From IMG/VR virus record IMGVR_UViG_3300049827_000124: a DNA stretch of 64,000 bases; one strand, given 5' to 3'. Below the pieces are notes generated by a model. The model saw nothing but the letters and a program-made list of their open reading frames with translations. It was not told where the DNA came from and did not search any database. Shown here piece by piece: positions 59,625 to 64,000 of this stretch (positions are counted from its first letter, which is position 1; every line of letters begins with the position of its first letter). The stretch is from an uncultured virus (IMG/VR IMGVR_UViG_3300049827_000124). Taxonomy: Duplodnaviria > Heunggongvirae > Uroviricota > Caudoviricetes. The position numbers were made by a program, and so were the translations under genes.

Positions 59625-59696
59625 CAAAATTAGTGTCGTTTTACTTACGGGTATAAAGATAATGATTTTTAGTTGATTATTTATTATATCTCACTC
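59625..59696 (-). promoter_or_regulatory. late promoter: 17-bp upstream element plus -7 box TAATTTTG
   Basis: GAGTGAGATATAATAAA (59696-59680) ... TAATTTTG (59632-59625)-TATTA-ATG(59619). Confidence 0.65.
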
Positions 59697-59700
59697 AGTA

Positions 59701-61674
59701 TTAACCGTAGTTTTTGTCAAACCAGTCATTTTTAGAGTTATCGTGGTCATCAAACTTAAGTTCCTTATTGTATAACTCTCGTGTGTGATACATCCCAATC
59801 ATGAATGCCATGGCACGGTCAAAGTTGCCCTGCCTGTTAAATTTGATTAACTCTAGTAATAAAGCTGGGTCATAAATCTTGTGCATATTGAGAGTTACGT
59901 CCCCATCTTCGTTTACCCCTCTACCACTAACTAACCAGTCTCTGATATACAATTCACCTTGAGCTTTACGTTGTTCGGTCATGTGCATACCGTACTGTCG
60001 TTTTACTGTCTTACTTCTAAGATCTCTCTTATCCAGCATTTCGAACTCTTCCTGTAGCATATGCATTTTTCTAAATCGTTTTGCATAGGCAATAACTTCT
60101 CCTCGGTCATTCTCAAATCCAATCTTTGCATTGTAGTATTCAGCCAGCATAAATAGATTTCTATTGTAGTCATCTTGGGTCTGAGGCCTTCCGACATACG
60201 AAGCCACAATGATATCATCAGGCTTAGAAATGTTGTTCGGGACTTTAATAACATATGCTGCACCGAGAGATGTAGCTGATGCTGACTTTCCTTGTGCATA
60301 TGGGTCATGGCAAATTATGTATAAGTTCTTTGGGGTGATATCTTCTATCTCTGTTTTAAATGGAGGTTCGTAAATAACTATGGCCCCGGTTAAATTGTCG
60401 TCCTTTCTGTGTGGAAACTTAACAATAGGTTTAAGGTTGAAGTCAGGTCTGAAACTAACTTTACCTTTACTATCGTAGTACATCTCACCTGCTACCCCAA
60501 TCTTTTGGAGATCGTTAGCAATTACTCTGTTGTACTGTTCTTTTAAAGATGATACGTCAAAGGTATTTGCAGTAACTTGAAGTGTAGCTTCTTGTGGAGT
60601 GAACGGCATCTCGGCAATGTACTGGTCAAATGCTTTTGGATCGTTACCTTTCTTTTTCTTCTCCCTTTGAGCTTCTTCGTAAGCAATTGCTTCCTCGATT
60701 AAGCTGTTACCATTCTCGTCAATAAAACCATCTAAGTTTTTGTAGATGGGGACAAAATATCCACAGGTAGTCCCCATAGCCCCAGCATCCCAATCGTTTT
60801 CAAATCCAAGGCAGTCATAAGCTTCAGGGTGGTAAAACAATTCCTCCATACCTTCAAAACCTGGACCTTCTTCTCCACCTGTTCCAAATGCAACCATTGT
60901 CCCAAGAGTTTTAGAACCTTGTCTCATTGTAGGCATTGCTACCTCCCAAGCTTTTAACAGTCCTGCAAAAGATCCTGCTTCTTCAAAGAAGATCAATTCA
61001 CCTGCTTTACCACGGATTTTATCTGGATCATCTTTTAAGGATACCCCGATAATCTGTGATTTAAAGCCTAAGGTAACGTCGGCTCCGTTTACATTCTTTT
61101 TGTAACCAGACTGCTTGTGCATCTCTCTATCGATAAGTCTAGGCTGAGTCCAAGCTGTGTTGTCATCTATGAATGAGACAATGTCCCAAGCTTTAGATAA
61201 CATTCCATCTCCAGTTAAGTATTGCTTGTCAGAAGCAAATACAAAATTCTTAGAATTCCTAATATGGAAGTAGTTACGGCAAAGCATAGCTGCAGCCTTG
61301 TAGGAGAATCCTTTTCGACGAGCCTTGAGAACCACGAGATGTTTGTTTTCTCTACGTGCTCTATCAACCGAGTTAAAGTATTCGAAGTCACCGTCATAAA
61401 ATGCTGGGAAGCTTCTATCACGTCGTGAGATAATTTCACCATCAGGTTGTTCTTCATCTATAATCCTATCTATTGGACAATAATTTAAGTAAAAGTAGTG
61501 AAATCCAGAAATCTTTATTCCATTAACTTCGTACCCATGCATGCATCTATTCTGCTCTTCATCCCAATACTCATAGTATTGCTTTGTACCAGGAAGAGCA
61601 TCAGTATAAAAGCCATACTCAATGTAATGAGCTGCAGCTGGGGCAAATAAATGTGTGTCTTTAAGCTTACTCAC
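59701..61674 (-). CDS. terL: terminase large subunit
   Basis: Walker A LKARRKGFS, Walker B IFFEEAG, coupling motif FGTGG, nuclease HDPY...NFDR; no intein or intron evident. Confidence 0.92.
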   Translation of the reverse strand: MSKLKDTHLFAPAAAHYIEYGFYTDALPGTKQYYEYWDEEQNRCMHGYEVNGIKISGFHYFYLNYCPIDRIIDEEQPDGEIISRRDRSFPAFYDGDFEYFNSVDRARRENKHLVVLKARRKGFSYKAAAMLCRNYFHIRNSKNFVFASDKQYLTGDGMLSKAWDIVSFIDDNTAWTQPRLIDREMHKQSGYKKNVNGADVTLGFKSQIIGVSLKDDPDKIRGKAGELIFFEEAGSFAGLLKAWEVAMPTMRQGSKTLGTMVAFGTGGEEGPGFEGMEELFYHPEAYDCLGFENDWDAGAMGTTCGYFVPIYKNLDGFIDENGNSLIEEAIAYEEAQREKKKKGNDPKAFDQYIAEMPFTPQEATLQVTANTFDVSSLKEQYNRVIANDLQKIGVAGEMYYDSKGKVSFRPDFNLKPIVKFPHRKDDNLTGAIVIYEPPFKTEIEDITPKNLYIICHDPYAQGKSASATSLGAAYVIKVPNNISKPDDIIVASYVGRPQTQDDYNRNLFMLAEYYNAKIGFENDRGEVIAYAKRFRKMHMLQEEFEMLDKRDLRSKTVKRQYGMHMTEQRKAQGELYIRDWLVSGRGVNEDGDVTLNMHKIYDPALLLELIKFNRQGNFDRAMAFMIGMYHTRELYNKELKFDDHDNSKNDWFDKNYG

Positions 61675-62164
61675 TGTACTTATTAGTTTTTACTCCTGCT
61701 CTGTTTGGACTATCCTTGGCTTGTTGCTTTTGAATCAACTCTTCTAGTCTATCTAGGCCTTCGATTACCTCTCCAACCTTTGAAAGGTTTGATAGAAGGT
61801 CTTTTGCTTGATATACTAACTTTCCATTTTCATCCAGAGCTGTAAGGTCAATTGTTTTAAAGTAGTTCTCTAGTTTGTTCACAGACAAACGTGCAGATTT
61901 AAGAAGTTTAGTAGCATGAGTGTCAGATAGTTCCTTGTACTTATCTACTCCGGCCGTTAATTTAGGGGTTATCTTCACCCCTAAGTCTTTCATTAAAACT
62001 TCTTGACGTTCTTCATCGTCATATGCTGCATAACTAGATCTGTGGTCCACAAAGAAGTAGATAAAGCTTAGTTCTTTAACTGTAAGCTTTTCAAATTCAG
62101 GGATAGTCAGGGCATACACTGATGGTATGACCATGTTATTATTTACCGTTAGCAAGTCTTTCAT
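61667..62164 (-). CDS. conserved protein upstream of terL (candidate small terminase subunit)
   Basis: 165 aa; ELSFIYFFVDHRSSY; overlaps the terL start. Confidence 0.55.
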   Translation of the reverse strand: MKDLLTVNNNMVIPSVYALTIPEFEKLTVKELSFIYFFVDHRSSYAAYDDEERQEVLMKDLGVKITPKLTAGVDKYKELSDTHATKLLKSARLSVNKLENYFKTIDLTALDENGKLVYQAKDLLSNLSKVGEVIEGLDRLEELIQKQQAKDSPNRAGVKTNKYSE

Positions 62165-62372
62165 TTTTCCTTCTTTTTAGTTCGTTTATGTGGGCAATCC
62201 TAGACTTCTTTGCATGAAATTTTCCAAAATATGGGAGCCTAATTGTTTCAAAATCTCCAAGCTTGATAATCTTAGCAGCATACTTGAATTGGTGGTACAC
62301 CATATCTTCTACTTTGTTAAGAGGAAGATTATACTTAGTTGCCAGCTTCTGGATTATCGTCTTTTCTTTCAT
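62139..62372 (-). CDS. HU/IHF-like DNA-binding protein
   Basis: IIQKLATKYNL...IRLPYFGKF HU signature. Confidence 0.8.
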   Translation of the reverse strand: MKEKTIIQKLATKYNLPLNKVEDMVYHQFKYAAKIIKLGDFETIRLPYFGKFHAKKSRIAHINELKRRKNERLANGK

Positions 62373-62664
62373 CTTTTAATTTTAAAGGTTTTCCACTTTC
62401 CCCAACTTTAATTTTTGGCCATCTAGATGGTTTGTCTGGACATGCTTGACTTTGCCAAGCTCCTTTAGCTTCTACCCAACATCCACACAGACTGCAACGT
62501 CCGTCTTTCTTTTCGTCTAAAACTAAGTTTGGACATGTGTTGCATGCATCCATTCTTTCTAAGAATTGTGCTTCGGTTACAGGCTTCATTCCTGAAGCTG
62601 CATGCTTGATTACTGCTACTGTAAAGTTAGCTAGCATTTTAAGTCTTGATGGTAATTTACTCAT
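62335..62664 (-). CDS. Cys-rich metal-binding protein (DUF6171-like)
   Basis: ERMDACNTCP...CSLCGC...ACP...W. Confidence 0.65.
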   Translation of the reverse strand: MSKLPSRLKMLANFTVAVIKHAASGMKPVTEAQFLERMDACNTCPNLVLDEKKDGRCSLCGCWVEAKGAWQSQACPDKPSRWPKIKVGESGKPLKLKDERKDDNPEAGN

Positions 62665-62782
62665 GTGGAACTTCTGTTAATTGCAATAATAATACTTTAC
62701 CTTTTCCATCCTGCACAACTGATAAGCACATGTTTTCAATGTAAAAGTATGTGATTACTTTATTTGAGTTGAATGTTATCAT
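62657..62782 (-). CDS. 41-aa hypothetical protein not in the ORF track
   Basis: MITFNSNKVITYFYIENMCLSVVQDGKGKVLLLQLTEVPHE; ATG overlaps the upstream TGA (ATGA) and the end overlaps the next ATG, filling the gap. Confidence 0.6.
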   Translation of the reverse strand: MITFNSNKVITYFYIENMCLSVVQDGKGKVLLLQLTEVPHE

Positions 62783-63090
62783 TGTGGGGTGATGTTGATT
62801 TGCACTTGCTCTTTCTTAAGTAGTGGGACCAAAGCATATCCGTTTGCTGTCTGCACGATAGCTTTTTTATCCTTCAATCGTTTAACGTAATTGTTTAACG
62901 TGTTGTGATCTTTGATTTCCATTGCATCTGCTACTTTCTTTTTATTAGCAGGAGAGCATAAGTTTACAGTTTCACTTAAGTCAATTAGGTTAGCTAGAAC
63001 TCTTAACTCTGTGTCTGTTAGTTCTAGAATTCCGTTAAATACTTGAAGAAACTTAAGGGTGTTGTTTGTTTTGATGTTAATCTTCCTCAT
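62779..63090 (-). CDS. winged-helix DNA-binding protein
   Basis: LTDTELRVL...KKVADAMEI...TLNNYVKRLKDKKAI...NGYAL.P pattern. Confidence 0.7.
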   Translation of the reverse strand: MRKINIKTNNTLKFLQVFNGILELTDTELRVLANLIDLSETVNLCSPANKKKVADAMEIKDHNTLNNYVKRLKDKKAIVQTANGYALVPLLKKEQVQINITPQ

Positions 63091-63346
63091 CTTCTTCTAT
63101 TTGTTTTCCGTTATCTAAAAGCTCAATTTTAGCTCGACCATCAACGATACGAACTTTGCATGTTGTGGAGTATGAGTTGAATTCATCTAGATGCTCGTCA
63201 ATGTTTTCTCTTGTAATCAAGAAAGTTAGGAATACCTCAAGCTCTTTTGCAGCTTTCAGTAATCCTGTTCTTTCTATTTTTGAGGCTTGGGCACCTAGTT
63301 TCAATGTCTCATAGTCTTCTATGGTCATTGTAACTGTTCCTGTCAT
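63077..63346 (-). CDS. hypothetical protein
   Basis: 89 aa; overlaps both neighbours. Confidence 0.65.
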   Translation of the reverse strand: MTGTVTMTIEDYETLKLGAQASKIERTGLLKAAKELEVFLTFLITRENIDEHLDEFNSYSTTCKVRIVDGRAKIELLDNGKQIEEDEED

Positions 63347-63618
63347 TTTACTATTCCAAGAACTGCCATTGATTCGTTAATCATAACGTACTCTGAGTCG
63401 TTTAACTCAACGATTACTCCATCACTAGACGGATGAATGTAAACCACATCCCCAACTTTGCATTTGCAATCTGGGCCTGCAGCTAATACTGGAAGTACGT
63501 TAGAACGTAATTGTGATGCTGATCGATCTGATAAGATGATACCTGCATCTGTAACTTTTTTGTCCGGCTTTGGGACTACCAACCAGTCACGTGTTGGCTC
63601 GAAATTTAATTTTTCCAT
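63343..63618 (-). CDS. groES: co-chaperonin GroES
   Basis: FEPTRDWLVV...TDAGIIL...VLAAGP...KVGDVV...EYVMINES..LGIV. Confidence 0.88.
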   Translation of the reverse strand: MEKLNFEPTRDWLVVPKPDKKVTDAGIILSDRSASQLRSNVLPVLAAGPDCKCKVGDVVYIHPSSDGVIVELNDSEYVMINESMAVLGIVK

Positions 63619-63638
63619 TTGTTTTGATTTGCTTAATG

Positions 63639-63671
63639 CAAATGTATAACAAATGATCTTATATAAGCAAA
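63639..63671 (-). promoter_or_regulatory. canonical Bacteroidota -33/-7 promoter ahead of the groES-terL operon
   Basis: TTTG (63671-63668), 21 nt, TACATTTG (63646-63639). Confidence 0.65.
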
Positions 63672-63675
63672 CTTT

Positions 63676-63999
63676 TTATTTAAACACTGCAACTATAGTA
63701 GTAGCAATGAATACAGAGGTAGTTAAGACAAATACTCCTGTTGAAACCTTATAAGTTCGTAGCTCTTCTTTGGTGTTATCAAGCTCAAGATTTAAGTTGT
63801 CGACATCTAGTTGTAGTGTCCCAATGTTCTCAAGGTTTATTTTATTTGAATTCTGACATTTAACATATGCATCATTTAAAGTCTTGATAGCCAAGTCTTT
63901 ATCTTTCAATCTTATTTCATAAGAATTAACGTTTTGATTTAACAGGAATTCACTTTTCTTACAAGCATCTAAGTCTACTAATGCTTTTAGTAGAATCTC
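63676..63999 (-). CDS. 5'-truncated coiled-coil protein with C-terminal transmembrane helix (spanin-like)
   Basis: Frame is open to the window edge (EILLKALVDLDACKKSEF...); ends GVFVLTTSVFIATTIVAVFK. Confidence 0.5.
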   Translation of the reverse strand, partial: EILLKALVDLDACKKSEFLLNQNVNSYEIRLKDKDLAIKTLNDAYVKCQNSNKINLENIGTLQLDVDNLNLELDNTKEELRTYKVSTGVFVLTTSVFIATTIVAVFK

Positions 64000-64000
64000 T

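Noticed and set aside
53084..61674. Inteins or further introns in terminase, portal or major capsid genes
   Set aside because: Continuous ORFs of ordinary length; no intein terminal motifs or embedded endonuclease seen.
1..64000. Stop-codon reassignment (TAG or TGA), known in some crAss-like phages
   Set aside because: Multi-kb late genes are intact in the standard code; TAG (22745-22747) and TGA (e.g. 62779-62781) end genes right at the next start; no suppressor tRNA seen.
1..64000. CRISPR array, tRNA/rRNA genes, DGR or reverse transcriptase, integrase, IS elements
   Set aside because: Intergenic gaps are short (mostly under ~125 nt) and explained by terminators or promoters; no repeat-spacer pattern, cloverleaf or RT/recombinase motifs seen by eye.

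Overview
The whole window is a 64-kb segment of a crAss-like (Crassvirales-type) phage genome, probably infecting a Bacteroidota host (TAnnTTTG promoter boxes, AT-rich leaders). It uses the standard genetic code. Two gene blocks converge on a bidirectional terminator at ~10.67 kb. The + strand (1-10.65 kb) carries replication/repair genes: SSB-like protein, DnaG primase, endonuclease I-like resolvase, rIIA/rIIB, 5'-3' exonuclease, uracil-DNA glycosylase and a DUF1599-like gene. The - strand (64-10.7 kb) is the late module: GroES, HU, terminase, portal, Dps-like protein, scaffold, major capsid, ring/hub/fibre proteins, muzzle and five cargo proteins including a 2514-aa virion RNA polymerase. 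Main observations: (1) the three giant ejected proteins are almost Cys-free except for single cysteines at facing termini, suggesting a head-to-tail linked chain; (2) a basic/aromatic-x-x-Gly-Gly motif recurs at module boundaries of several packaged proteins; (3) a complete group I intron splits the UDG catalytic GQD|PYH motif and carries a LAGLIDADG gene in loop L1; (4) several late promoters sit exactly 5 nt before the ATG (leaderless-type), and two share a 17-bp element at identical spacing. All family calls come from motif recognition and gene order, not from database searches.
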